A stretch of 64,000 nt of DNA from Chrysomallon squamiferum. Lineage: Eukaryota; Animalia; Mollusca. Positions 1 to 14,730 of this stretch are shown here, in pieces. The position numbers and the translations under genes were made by a program. Each line of letters starts with the position of its first letter. Positions within the stretch are counted from its first letter, which is position 1. A model generated the notes under the pieces. It made no database searches. It saw nothing but the letters and a program-made list of their open reading frames with translations, and was not told where the DNA came from. The stretch is from assembly GCA_012295275.1 (NCBI GenBank), contig CM022671.1:24180001-24244000 (forward strand). The letters run 5' to 3'.

Positions 1-321
1 ATGGTAACTTTGTAATCTGTATGACTTAATCGGTGTTCGATTACTTTCTAGCCATAAATTCGAATCCAAAGTAACATTCTAACTTAATCAATGATTATTC
101 TACAAGCAGAAATTCTGGCCTCTGTTCCTTATTGTTAACAGTGTTATATCATCTGTGACGTCAGTTGCATGTGTCAAAAGGGTACATTGTAAAGTATCAA
201 AGTCGAGAAAAGAAAGTTAATTTTTTTATCAGCAATATAAAACATAATAGTATTAATTTTTATGGGATTTGGTGAATGTATTTTTCTACCTAGTGTCTCT
301 TTCAGAAAGGATTATCGTAAA

Positions 322-2051
322 ATGGAAATGAAATCCGGAATTATTTTTGTCTTGATTCTTTCAATGGCTCAAGGTAAGATCAAGGTTGAATACTTAGATA
401 TTCTGTTATGTTTGTAAATTACACCTTGAGTGTTTGTTACTGATTTGTTTGACAATTTAATACTGTTGATAATTTGTTATGACGATGGTGATGTTAATGT
501 TGATGGTAACAATTATGTTGCTATTGATAACGCAATAATGATATTGTTATTGATGATACTTTTGAAGACAATTATGTTATTGCTGCTGATGTTGTTGTTA
601 CTAATTATGGCGCTGATAATGTTATACTCTTATACTTTAACAAAGCAAGTAGAAAAATAAAATAATAATCATTTTTCCTTCTTCGTATATCTTATTTTTA
701 TTAACTGAATTCTCAGTTTTCTGAAACGTAAGCTTTTAAATTGTTCCAAACGTGCTAGATTCTATATAGATGCGATTATTATTTTTAAAATTTCCCACTT
801 TTTTATATTCTTTAAATTCACTGTTGTTGTTATTAACCGAATTTTCAGCTTTTCTATAATAATAATTTTTAAAAGAGTTTCCTATATGCTTGATTCAGTT
901 TTGTTGGGTATTTTTTACGCTTTTTATTCTTTAAAGTCATTTTGTCTTTGATAACAAATCATTCTGCACTAGAAAACACTTCAACCTTTAACAATAATCA
1001 CTTAAATGACAATCAGAATTCCAAAGGAACCTTTTACTGGTTTCGATAACATTTATCAGACTATATCCGGTATGAATTCGTGTGTCCATGCAAGCACATT
1101 TTTATATAATCAGATTATCACTGATGTGAAACGAATGAAAGTCAAAATAAATTCATTACTTAATTATGTTTCATTATCAATTTGAGCTTAACCTTAGATA
1201 AAGAACGAATGAGTTAGAGACATTTATTTCAGTTTCATTTAAGGAAACTACAACGTAGCTGGTGAGAGTTCTGTCTAAGAATGAGTTTAGCAGCTTGAGG
1301 TTCTGCTATGTGTACACCCCATATATTGGAAAGCACATTACAATGACTTTTAACCGGGGAACACAGACTATCGTGCTTTAAAGCAGCGCTCTAACCAACT
1401 CATACGTTGTGTTCACGATAGGCGTACTTGAACAGTTCTGTGACAGAAGTTTAAAAATTGCACAGTCAATAACAGTATCTATCACCTGTAATGTACGTCT
1501 ACAGGTTTTGTTTGTTTAATCTTCATAATCTAGAGAAAGGATAAACTTGAAACTTATTTTTCCTAGCTGAGTTTGAAAATCTGTTAATTTTTTTCGTAGT
1601 CGTATGTTGTTGAACAAGCTGTTTGACATTTTCAGTTTAAAATATCATTGAAAAGACAATGAAAATATTTTAGATACGTCAGAATGAAGAATAACATAAC
1701 ACCGAAAAAAAATTAGAGAAAAAAAAACTTGTAGAATAAGGAAAATTAAAAATGAAAAGTATTTAAAATAATTTCTGAAATGTTTTCTTACAAAGCAAGT
1801 TTATCTTTCATTAGAAACAAATAGTTATTCTTAATGATAAATATTCAGTGGTAACAAATCTTAGTATTTTTGTGTAATAGTATAATAATAGTATGTTTTT
1901 TAGATTTGGTAAACATTTAGGAAGAATATTATTTATTCAGTATAATTAAAATAGATATAAATATGTAACAAAAGGACATTCATTAAAAATGAGTAATTTT
2001 TGTATTTTTTTATGCGTTTTGATACAGTCATTTAATGAATGAATGGTTATA

Positions 2052-2104
<53 letters not shown>

Positions 2105-3511
2105 GTCTATAAAACAATGAAACAGTAAATAAAAAGAAATAATTGGTTACTGTCTAAAAATATCAAACTTTACCCTGCTAAGATCGAATATACACTGCCT
2201 AGCTTCGACCAGATATTTCTAATAGAAAATATTAATTGATAAACAACATTATCTAAAAAAAAAAAAAAAAAAAAAAAAAAATAAGTGAAAAATAATTTTA
2301 AAAAAGGCTGAATATTTTATTTAAATTAATTGATTTTCTGAACAAATTAGAACATTTTTTTTATAATACAATTTATACTGAAATGCACAAGGAACTGATG
2401 TTTAAGAGACATAAAATAAATATTTGTTGTCTGTCGATTTTATACTTAAACGGAATCAATAAGTAAATTTAATCAACAACAGTTTCACATAAGAAAACTT
2501 AAGTATTCGGTTAATAAACACGAACAATACAGAAACGAATTCTTCACGTCTCAGCCCAAGGCAAAAGTTCATTTGAAGATCATGGGCTTTACAAAAGAGA
2601 ACAGGGTAAAACACAATAATAAAGTATATAAAAAATAAAATGCATAAGGTGCTTCCAATATATCACGATCCAACGTCACCGAAAAACCAATAATAATTAT
2701 TTGTTAGACCAGTGTTTGAGATGTCATAATGATACAATTTCTGAATTTTACAAGGTCAACAAGTAGGTTGATACAGCAGCAACGTCTTTGCAACAACGCC
2801 GGCTTCGTTCATTATAAGGCTTTACTTTTTAAATTTAATTAGTCGCTTTTATTAATTACTCAGAGAATAAATTAATACGCAGAAAAAACTTTTGTTTATT
2901 CCAAAAGAATAATTCAAACCACAGTATCGACAACATTATTGTTCGAATTAGCGCTATCCTATTAAACGGCTATCCTAATAAACATGTGTAGTGATATCAT
3001 TCCAGTTATAATCTTAGATGTCATTTTCTCAAAACCGTTATAAGTTTAGATCGACGGTTATGCTTTAACAATGAGATTGTTCTGTTAATTTTATATTTCA
3101 GATAACGATTCTGTGAATTTAGCCTTTGAAAAACCCAGTTTTATGAGCAGCATTTTCTTGGAGTATTTTGCAAAATACGCCGTTGATAGCAACACTGGTA
3201 CTGATCTTATTAATGACTACTGTTCTCACTCTGATGTGAACGACATGAAACCCTGGTGGATGGTGGACTTACAAGGGACATTTCTTATAAACCAGGTAGA
3301 ACTGACAAACAGAGGAGACGCTGTTTGTAAGTAGAAATATAACCATGGTATATAAATAAATACGCACCTATATAGTTACATACATATATGCATCCATCCT
3401 TACATACATACACAAATGCATGCATATACTTATATATATACATACAACATACATACATACGTACATATTATTGGTGTCTTTAGCACAAACTGTCCCATGT
3501 ATTATTATTAT

Positions 3512-3567
<56 letters not shown>

Positions 3568-4067
3568 TTTCAATGAATGTTTTTGTTTTATTTCACTGTT
3601 TTACAGGGGAGAGACTACACAGTTTTGTTATTGAAATACTGAATCAAAACCCACAACACTGTTATGCGGCCACTTCTCAAGTTTGCGTAAATTACACTGG
3701 TGCGCCGCTAGGAAAGGCGGAAACTATAACGTTTAAATGCACGAATCCACTGAAAGGTCGTTTTGTCAGAATAATGAAATGGAAAATGAACGGCGAAGAC
3801 GACTGTCTTACTCTGTGTAACGTTCAGGTCTTTGGTGATACGGATACTGACTTAGGTAATTAAAGTTGGTAATCTTGCAGTTTAGGTTTATCCCTTTTCA
3901 ACAGATTTCTTTCTTAATATGTTTACAACGGTACTTTTTCCCTGCTAATGGAGGTCTAAAAATGTGATATAAAACTAAATAAACCCACATCAAATCAATC
4001 AGTTTTAGTGAATGGTGGCGATCTGTTTTGGGAAAACGATATTTAATTTCATTTAATAAAAAATAAA

Positions 4068-4114
<47 letters not shown>

Positions 4115-5095
4115 TGATTCAAAGTAAAAATAGCTATGTGCTTTTCATAAAATAGATCAGCGCTGCTCGCTAGACTGGTTTCAGTTATCAGGAATTTATA
4201 TTTTCTACTGTTTTCCGCTGTAGAATATAATCACCAAAATCTATTCCAGCGCTTTGAGGGAACCATCCTGAAAACAAATAATGTTGACATCTCGATTTCG
4301 CGGACCTCGGTTTTCCGGATTTAGGAAAAAAAAAAAAAATTTAACTTACCGCCATTTCCCACTTGAAACCTTACTTACAGGTACTGTTTTGTTATTGCGA
4401 GTCCAGCTGTACGATCAACCTACTTTCCATCAAGATAAGAGCAAATTTTACAACTGCACCTGTAACCATCCTAAGCTAACAAACGTCAACCAAACTAGCC
4501 TACTGTACTATTACATTTTTCTTTACATATACTGTACATTTGTTTACATGTCTGTGCTTTTTTGTTAGATTGTTATATTATTTTATTATATATCTGTTAA
4601 TGTTTACATTCGCGATTTCCAAGACTTTTGCATATTCTGGACTGGTCTTCCCCATCTTAGTCCATAAAATCGACGTCAACAGTAATACAACCTTATTACT
4701 AACTGCGTAAATTTTACTTTCTGTTGTAGGCTACATTGATCATTAGTTTTTCCATCGCTGACAAGGAAATAATCTGAAACATGAATATTGTAGAACCTAA
4801 TTACCAAATCATTTAAATTTTATTAATATTTTATTTAACTTTTCTTGTAGAATACGTTCAGCAAAACTTTTTCCAGCGCGAAAAAGGAATTCGTCTGAAA
4901 TCGCAAATTTCAGAATTTGTGTCTAAAACGAGGGATCCTCTAGAATGTGCAAGATACTGCGGAATGAAAATAGACTGTTTGGCTTTTAACCATAATGTTA
5001 ACGCAAACGACTGTGAACTGATCTTTAGTCTAGCAGAAAACGACACAAAAGAGATGGATACGTCTTGGAGTTACTACAGATCAAATTTATGTTGA
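322..5095 (+). CDS. Secreted F-type lectin (fucolectin/FTP, F5/8C fold) + PAN/apple domain protein; exons 322-373, 3102-3326, 3607-3855, 4851-5095
   Basis: Signal-peptide-like exon MEMKSGIIFVLILSMAQ ends at GTAAG. All introns are GT-AG, phase 1, and join in frame. FTP motifs: NLAFEKP, AVDSN, CSH..PWWMVDL..NRGDAVWERL, GRFVRI, LTLCNVQVFG. The last exon (not in the ORF track) reads ECARYCGMKIDCLAFNHN..CEL..WSYY, a PAN/apple pattern, and ends TGA 5093-5095. Confidence 0.88.
1290..1402 (-). mobile_element. Degenerate tRNA-derived SINE fragment in intron 1 of the lectin gene
   Basis: The minus strand reads AGTTGGTTAGAGCGCTGCTTT (Pol III A-box-like) followed by a decayed B-box-like GTGTTCCCC. No intact cloverleaf is visible. 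Confidence 0.4.
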
Positions 5096-5449
5096 AACTG
5101 CAACCAGATATTACTTTATTCTGTTTGGGAAAATATTCAGCTGTTGTGTATTTCATCTGAAATATGAGAGAATAAAAGAAATATTTTCTGTATTATAAAT
5201 AAATTTCATGTTGTCAGAACCTAAACGATGTTTGGTGATCTGTTTGTCCATATCTTGTTAAAAAATTAAACAACTCTGGCTCTCACTCACTCTTGTTTTT
5301 TTCTTTTTGGAATATGAAAATATACTGGCCACAATTTAAAATGATGGATTCCTCCTTCTTATTATATATTCCTCTGATGTTTTCTTTGTTTCGTACTTAT
5401 TGTCATTCTCTCTTTCTTTCTCAGAATCAATAGTATCCAGTCATTTACA

Positions 5450-8400
5450 ACCCGTCCATCCACGAAGCTTCATTCGATTTGTTCAAACTGATATAAATCA
5501 CTTTTATGCGGTAATATTAACATCAATAATATTTGTGTGCAATTGCATATGCCTGTTAACAACAGACAAAACCAGTATTCAGTAATTTTACATCTTCAGT
5601 AAGATTAGTAACACAAAGAATCATAGCAACTGTGCCACAACCATGACATTCACTCCCCAGCAATATCAAAGAGCCTGAAACAACATTTACATTGAAAGCA
5701 TTAATGAAGACCCATTTTTTTCTAGTCTAGTCTATATGAACCACTTTCTTAATATTTAGTCATGTTGTTTTTTCTCCTTTATAAACGCTAAATTTAGTCG
5801 ATTCATTATTTTAGACAATATTTTAAAATTAATTCTATCATTCTGAAAAATCATTATGACATGTTCAACATTATTTTCACATTTATCTTAAAGTCCAAGT
5901 CTTCTTATCTTTTTGTTTATTATTTTTACATAGAAACATACTTTTAAGCATACTTAGTGTGAAAGGGCTGCTGTATAAACGTGCTGAATAACAACAACAA
6001 CAACAACAACAACAACAATAATAATAATACACGACAAAATATACCTTAGAAAAAAAGATAACTGATTGTAGCTTTTTAATACAATTTTCATAATTTATTA
6101 ACTGAATAAAATAACAAAAAGTATTTATCAAAGTGCGTTGATACTCATATATTGTCAAACCTTGTGATAACACCAATAGTACTGCTTGATTTTGGCATTA
6201 TAATGAGATGGTTAGAATAAAGAATTTTCTAAGATTATGAATTACTGCATACAATTAATCACAGCAGCTTTTACTAAGACAATTTTCCATGTAATTAATA
6301 ATGTTATCAAAATTTTATATATAAGAATTTTACCATCGTAATCACAATAGCTTTAGAGTGAAATGACTGGTACAATTAAAAGTCAGTATCGAGTAGAAAG
6401 TGTTCCGGAAAGAAACGAAATAATTGGATTCACATACCTTTGACCAAATATATCTTTTCTGGTTTACGTGTAAACTTCCAGCATGTCCTTAATGAACTTT
6501 AGGGAACTATAGTTAACGGTATTGTCTGTACGGACCAGGTGTTTATAAAGTATCCTACAGTGCTCGGGTAAGCAATGCAGTTCGCTCAATCCCAATGATA
6601 TATGATGATCTTGTCACAATACATGTTTCTGTATTCTCAACCCGTTAGATATAGTTTCTTTTCTGTTTCCAGAACAAACGTTATACTCCGTACAACAAAA
6701 AAAAAAAAAAAAAAAATGGCGGCTTACAGATATTTTTTAATTTCTTTTGTTGGGCGGAAACAACCAAAAAATGTTTATTTGGAAGCTAGCAGAATATATT
6801 TAGGAAGAATTTATCGTATCACCAAAGGTACATTTTAAGTTTTAAAATCTGACATGTCAGTTTCGCTGAACAAAGTTTTGGTGATAATAAAAAGATATAC
6901 TGTACTATGTTAACACAACATTCTGAAAGCGCTTTTATTAATAAAATTAGTTTATATAACCCAAATGAAGTATTGACAAGTTTGGTGTGATTTTTTTTTT
7001 TTTTTTTTTTTCTGTTTTAAGTCCTATAGAACGTGCTTCTTTGATTACTTAAAATTAAACAATATTTTGCTTCACGAAAACGAAAATTTAATGTGATATT
7101 GGGGTTGGTTTTGTTGTAAAAAACATAAAAATAAATTTAAATAAATAAAAAGAACGGCTAGATTTCAAGCGTTTTGGGAAATGAATAATTATATTAGCTT
7201 TATTAATACGTAAACATAATGACTGGCATGAAATACTTCAAGGCAAGATCTATTTTCAATTCAAAGGGGTAAAAAAACACACACACACACACACGCACAA
7301 GCACACATACACTCTATCTAATTCAAATAATTTAATATCAAATATTAACTATATTATATCTGACATGAAATGTTTGTTGTAATTTACATCTGCTTTGATC
7401 AGTAACCGACTTTTACTAAAGGAGATCTCAAATGTATTGATTTGTATAATGTATAATATACTTTGTCAAAAATTAATTAATATTCGAGAAGGAATATACA
7501 CATGTAACAAGATTTCTAATAAGTACATTATTTTGTGCTTATAAAGTAATGTTTTAAAGATATGTGGTAAATAATCAGCAAAGAACAAGGATCTTCCAGT
7601 AAAACAAAACAAAAAACAAAAAATAATTATAATAATAAAAGTAAAAGAATAAAACAAAAAAATGTGTGATTGTTTACTAAAGATGTAAAATTGGTTTTAT
7701 CTGTTTTTAACTGGCGTATGCTATTGTAACAAATATTACTGATGTTAATAATAGGGCACACAAGTGATTTATAATTAATTAAATTGAATGAAGCCTTTTG
7801 GATAATTTTATCGCAGATTTATATAGAAGAGTTTCATCATAATCACAGTGGCTTTTAAATGAATCTTTTTTCTTCTTTTTTTTTTAAAACACGCTTGTCA
7901 AAATACGGTAACCGTAACAGTCATTTCAGACAACAGTATTTATACTAGCGGTTGTTTAAGACAGATATGCTTTTATCTCTGAGATTTTATAAAAGATTGT
8001 TATTTGTCATATTAAAATAGTAAAGATACTGGAACTGATCATGGAAAAGGTATGTTCATTTGGTCTGCGTAGGCCTATACATGTCACCAGAAATCAGGCT
8101 GCTTGGCCTCCAGCTACAACGTCAACACCGGCAAATGTGAGCACATTATCAACCCGAACACATTATCATTTAGTGACTTCATAAGCAATGAAACGAACTG
8201 GTTATACTATGGATCATTTTTTTATTATTATTATTTTATTTTATTTTTATTTTTATTTTTTTTTTGTTAATAAGAGGAACTTATAAGACATTTTTTGTTT
8301 TTAATTAAATTAAAAAAAAATTATTAATAAAAGAAAAAGAAAAAGAAAAGGAGAAAATAAATAGTTTAATACAGAAATAATAAAGCCTTCTGAATGCTAC

Positions 8401-9233
8401 TACCTATACAATTAGACGCTACGACACTGTCAGTATATAATATCTTAAATAATTGAACGAGCTGTCTGGATCCGATTTTTCTTAATGAACGGAATTTAAA
8501 AAGGAAAAAAACGGAAATTAGGTCATTTATAACAGAGATTATTTTTGAAAATAATCCTCTGAACGATAATAACTACTAATAAACACTATGACACTGTTAG
8601 TGTAGTATATCTTTACAAAATCAGAGATGGAAACTGCACAGTATACTCTTATTATTTATAAATATACAGTTAGTGTACCTGTATCTTCATGAGACAAATA
8701 TTATCATATATATATATACGTTAATGTTTATTAATAAAAATATAATAATAAACTGAGCGTAAAGATTTTACTGTGTATAAGAATAGCGTCGCTGAATCTT
8801 TAAATTTTTATTGCAGCAAGGTTTTTAATATTTTTATTATTATTGAATTAACAGCCTAATCAATGGTTACCATTATGTTCATGTATTAGATCGAAAACTT
8901 AATTAGTTATGCCTTTGTCATGCTTTGGTTAGATATATGAACATACATACTGCTATAATAGCGTCACGCTCTCTAATTCATGTAATTTAAATCTTTCTTT
9001 TTTTATTTATTAATTTCTACTTTTATTTTTTTTTATTTTTCTGACTTCTAAATTAGATGGATAATCACCGATCCATTAATTTGCTATCCATCCATCCACA
9101 AAGCTTCATTTGATATAATGAATTATAAATCACGTGCATGCAGTAATATTAACATCAATAATATCTGTGCAATTGCATGTGCCAATCAACAACAAATACA
9201 ACCAATTTTCTGTAATTTTACTCCTTTGGTAAA
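5450..9233. repeat. Three copies of a ~150 bp dispersed repeat: ~5450-5602 (+), ~7672-7805 (-), ~9088-9233 (+)
   Basis: Shared core GTAATATTAACATCAATAATAT..GTGCAATTGCAT..AACAACA..AATTTTAC in copies 1 and 3. Copy 2 is the reverse complement (AGATGTAAAATT..AAATATTACTGATGTTAATA). Confidence 0.75.
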
Positions 9234-10039
9234 CAGTAAGAGATTTCTTGTACTGCATGCTTCTTATTCCTAGCAATTTACGATTGTTTTAAAAACATTG
9301 AAATTTAAGCACAAAATAGCCCTTTTATTAGAAAATGTGTTTATCTATATAGCACGCACGCACACATACACACGAACATAATACATGCTACATGTTTTAG
9401 GGGATCGACATTATAGTTTTCAAATAGAAATGTTTTCTCTGATGTGAAAATTCCATTTGATTGCTCTGATATAAGGAAAACAGAAACACGTTATTTTATA
9501 TGCATGACATTTTCTTACAAACAGAACGTTGAAAATTAAATAAACTTAATAATTTCACGTTCGACTTAATGGAATATATGTTCAGTGGAATAAATATAAA
9601 GAAAATGACAAGTAGCAATTAGTGTAATAATAATAAAAAATTACTTCTATTTAAAATCATTCAACGTCAACACGCTAGGTTAATTTCTTCATTTATTATT
9701 TATGAAGAATTATTAAGTTTACGTTAATCGGAAAACTGTTAAGGATTTAAAACATATTTGATGTTAAATCAATTATCTCATTCCTGTCAGAGATTGAACG
9801 CTAATAGCATGAAAAACCACCAAAGGTCAGTCCTCTTCAGTTATTTGTGAACTCTTTTATCAGTTATCTATGTTAGCATTATCGCTATTTCTCATCTAAT
9901 GGATTCACAGACTAGAGCTGCATTATTGTGGTAACTACTCAATAATGTATTCACATCTGACATTTCCAAATTATTAATTTTACTTCCTATTTTAGTCATG
10001 TGTAGGAGCTTATATATATGTATGTATGTATGTATGAGA

Positions 10040-10552
10040 TAAATAATTGTTTTATTTTTCTACTTTCTTATTAATTTCAGTGTTATATACGTACTTGTAA
10101 TAAAAAAAATAATGGATAACAAACGCGATTTGCTTCTGTAGTAAAGGCTGTTGTTTTAAATACATTTTTAACGATATTAACAAACTAGAGATGCATTATT
10201 GTTTAACTCTGAATAATTTATTCACACTTGACATATTATTCACTTTCTTGCTCTAAGATGTTTTTTACTTCGTATTTCAGTCATTTGTGTACGAGTTTAT
10301 ATTTATGTACATACGAATGTATCTTACAAACACATCTCCAAATTGATGTCACTCTGACTTTTATGAAACTATTTTCACAAAACAGAAATATGACATAAAT
10401 AACTTTTATTTGTCTACTTTCTTATTAATTTCACATCTTTACATACATACTGGTAATAACAGATTAATGGATGACAAACACTGCTTCTAGAGTATAGAGT
10501 GTTTTTTTTGTTTGTTGTTTTAAATCAATTTTAAAGATATTAACGGCTAGAT
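10040..10552 (+). repeat. Diverged direct duplication of ~150 bp (~10040-10192 and ~10395-10552)
   Basis: Both copies contain TCTACTTTCTTATTAATTTCA..TAATGGAT.ACAAAC..TGCTTCT..TTGTTTTAAAT..GATATTAAC..CTAGA. Confidence 0.7.
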
Positions 10553-11095
10553 CTATAAAACAGTCTTCATTTGAAACAGAAAAATAAGTAAACAAAAGAT
10601 TGCTAATCCAGTTTTTTTTTCATCAGTTCTAATTCATGACAGGCAGTCAAAAGGGGATGACTTTTCTTCGATTTGAGAAAAATGGATAAAACTGCTTGAA
10701 TTTAGTAACAGAAATAAAATTTACAAATAAAAGACAAATGTAGAATGCAGCTAACACATCGCTTCATATAACATATTAAAATCTGGCAAAAATATAAAAA
10801 GTTTTAACACATTCAACTGCATAATTTCCATCTTCACAAATGTCAGTGAAATCCATGACACATTATTAAACCGGCTTTGAGGAGTTAGTTTAATCAAATT
10901 TATCAATGGAATTGTCAGTCATGTTTTTATCATTCTGAAAGTTTGAGTGCCCCTGTTTCAAAAGGTAACCCACTTTTTGAATGCCACTCCGCTTAAGTAA
11001 TAATCTTGCTTGTAAAATGTATTATTAGTGAACAAGGGAGATAAAACTTCAGTGTAATCTATTTCGAGTCCCAGTAAAATATTAAACAAATGTTT

Positions 11096-13180
11096 TCAAC
11101 CGTTACTCAGACTGTCTTGATTACAACTTGAATCACATTCTTTGTTCTCCTGTTTATCCGAATTTTGTTCTTTTTTCACCGACATATTTTCTTCTTGTTG
11201 AGAACTTTCCACATTTCCTTCTTGAGAGTTTTTTACTGTTTCATCATTCTCCTCTTGTTTCTCGTCATTTTCTTCTTGATCTTCATCACTTTCTTCATCT
11301 TCTTCCTCTTCATTTTCATTAGCCTGGCCTGGAAAAAATAAAACAAAAAGCATTTGACAACCGAATATAATTATGGAAAACAAATAGATAACTTGTTTAA
11401 TCATAAAATTAATTTTTTCTTATTCTGAATAAGAAAGTTACTGATACCATTACTAAAAAGAACGAAAAATAAAAATATTAACATAAAAGACACTCCAAAA
11501 ATCATTATGTAAAACATATCTTATCAAAAACATAAACAAACCAAACTGAACATGCATAAACATTTCTTAAACATTAACAAATTATTTTAAAATGAAACAA
11601 AAGAAAAACTTTGAAATAATGACATTTTTCATTAAAACCTACCATTTGATGAATTATCCTTCTTTGGCTTCTTTCTTTTTAATTTCAATTTTTCCTTTTT
11701 CTTCAGTCTGAAAAATACATGGCATAGTCTTTATGAGAACTGTAATAATGTATATTTATTTATTAATTTATTTATTCCACACATTTAATAATTTTGAATG
11801 AAGAGGTTACTAACTTTCTTTTCATTTGGTGTTACAGTTTTTTTAACACTAATAAAATTAACATCTGAAAGAAATTTGTTCTAAGACTTATCCATGGCTA
11901 CCTAATTAGTTAAAAGGAAGATTCTTCTACATATATGTTTCTACAGACAAGAAAGAACAAACCATGCCCTGCGATAAACCAGACAGGAATGATGCAGATG
12001 GGATGCCCTTAAAACAAATGATAAATAATTTGAAATATTCTTTACCAAAAATCCTGTCTACATTGATATGGTTCTAAGTATAATTTCTCAACCAGCTGAT
12101 TCAGCATTTATTTCACATATAAAGAAAAGTGTAAAAATGAAATAAAACCTTTTTTGTCTTTTCTTGGCTTTTCTTTCCTCTGCTTCTCTTTTGTGTGCTT
12201 CCAGTCTGGCCTGAAATTCTTTGTCTTGATCTTCCTGATAGAAATGTTTTTCAAATAAACTTGTTTTAAACAAATATTAAAACTATCATTTCCAGTTAAC
12301 TAATAAAATTATAAATCCTGTTTTCTATAGTAATAAAAAATAAAAAATATTTAATTTATATTTAAAAATTTGCTAATTAAAAACTTTTACAATTACCTCA
12401 AATTTAAATAAATATCAAATAACTGCATCACATGTGTTAATAAAAAGCAACAATGCAGTAATAAATAATATTTTCTTTTTAATGGTAATAGATATTATTT
12501 CCATCTTTGTTAGAAATTAAAGGTGCACATGTACACAAGTTATAACTGGTTTCTTAATGCATTCACAAAGTAAATATAACTTTAAAAATATTAAATATTG
12601 AGTATGGATAATTAAGTTAATAACCAAATCACAATACATAAGGAATAACACATTAACTTTATCAGATTTGCATTAATCTATAAATGGAATAGAATTCAAT
12701 TAATATTTAGTAACTTACTTCATCATAATTCATAATTTATTTTCTAAATATACAGCAAAGCTTTAATAAATACATGTATATGTATATATATATATAATGA
12801 AAAATGTACCTTTGCATGTTTTTCGTTTAAGAATTTCTGTCTGGCATATTCTCGTCTGCGGACACCTCGATACACGTGGAAGTCACCACTTCCAGCACCT
12901 GCACTGGATCCTGTCAACAGTCATTATACAGACATAAATTTCAGTGAACTGTCATCTTTATACATCATTTAGTTTATATAAATGGCTTTACATAAATATA
13001 TTTAAAAAAATATTATTTAGAAATGTTATTATAAATACTCCCTGTCTGCTAACTCAAATTTGTTTCAATAACATTTAGTACTTTCAAAACATTGGACCTA
13101 AACTGAAAACTTTAAATGCTGAATTAAAGCTATAAACTATAATGCTATAAATCTTCATAGCATATTCCTTTATTATGTAA

Positions 13181-13213
<33 letters not shown>

Positions 13214-13964
13214 TAATAATAATAAAACAATAAATCACCAACATACTTTCAAAACAAATATAATTTACATTTCGAAAAAAAAAATTGATTATTAGAAAAT
13301 ATTACTGGTAATTTTTAACAAATTAAACATGTATAAAACTCCTTTGGAATAGCATCCATACTACTGAGTACTGTAATGTTCAGAATGATTTAATGGCACA
13401 AAAGTATTAGTACCCACCCCAAACATTTCTTATGAATTCCAGTGGAGCTCTCATGGAAGGATCTTTAGATCTCTCTGGAATGTAAACTTCCTTTGTCTGA
13501 AATATAAGAAAATATTTATCTCTTTAACACGTTCACGTATCCAAAATGTAGTTGCCATAATTCTACTAAACTAAACTCTCGACCCCCGCCACCCCCAAAA
13601 AGTAAAGACTGACAAATTCCCAAAAAGAGATTTTAAATTCATAAACGAAACGAAACATTGAAAAATTAAATAAATATAAATAAATAAAGAGAAATTAAAG
13701 AACAAGTTATACAACGCATTACAGTTTATATTATTATTAAATCATAAATGAAGTAAAGGATACAAATTATATATTTTTAAAAAGTATAATTATTAAAAAT
13801 AACAAAAAAAATTACTAATCAGAATAGTCTGCTAATACAAAGGTATTTAAAATAACGAAATCATTATGTATTACAGGATTTTTCATTAATTTGTCAAGTT
13901 TCATTCGTTGAAGTTCATAGGGTGTTTTGGCCACGACAATTTTTCCGTCTTCCTTTTCAGCCAT
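11096..13964 (-). CDS. PRKRIP1: PRKR-interacting protein 1 homolog; exons 13964-13875, 13496-13418, 12910-12810, 12234-12149, 11707-11643, 11328-11096
   Basis: Spliced translation [30 protein letters not shown] / [16 protein letters not shown] / [25 protein letters not shown] (family signature), followed by basic K/R-rich and acidic E/D-rich tails. GT-AG introns are in phase. Confidence 0.93.
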
Positions 13965-14730
13965 GTTTAGTTTATCGAACTCTTTTGTAAAAGAACCAAT
14001 AATATATCAAGTATCTACTGATCGAGACTAAATTTACCATACTATTGAAATCGAGACTACTTGATGAAATAAAATTAATTGATAATAATAAAAATAAAAT
14101 AAATTAATTAATTAAAATTTTATAATAACATAGATTAAGTGACATCGAGTCCAATTTTAACACGTAGTAATATCAATGGAGTAATTAAAACATCTTTCAG
14201 GCGAAAACAAAAATTGATAAGTGCCAATATAATATTATTGAATAAATTGCACGTGCAAAAAATGAACAGAAGCAGTTGCCAGCATGTAATTAACAGGCTA
14301 TTAAAAGAAAATCTTTTGGCAGTTAAAATTTTCTCTTAGCATTTTCTTTAGATGATTAAATACGAGCGTTGTTTATAACTTGTATGAAGAATGTTATTTG
14401 ATACATCACTTGACCCGTTTTCTTGCCACTCAAGGGGGCGTGGTTCACTTAAGTTTTACTGAAAGAGTTTTTTCAAGCAGAGATATTATTTGCGAAAATG
14501 TAAATAACAGTCTAATTAGCTATAAATTACAAGTGAATATTATCAAAATTCTTTGCAGGTAATTTATTCATTTTGTGGATATTTTTATTGAAAAGAATTG
14601 ATCTAATGACTCGTCATACCTGAAACTACATTTCTATATCATGTTTCTCTTTAATATAAAAATAATGGACTGTCTTTTTTTTTTATAATTTTTGAAAAAT
14701 TCCTTAATTTACACTTATTTTATTTTGAAG
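13965..14730. promoter_or_regulatory. Probable shared bidirectional promoter and 5' UTR region between PRKRIP1 and HVCN1
   Basis: The divergent start codons are under 800 bp apart. A donor-like GCAG|GTAATT at ~14558 and the acceptor TTTTGAAG|ATG at 14730 imply a non-coding first HVCN1 exon. A short direct repeat ATCGAGACTA occurs at ~14021 and ~14051. Confidence 0.55.
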
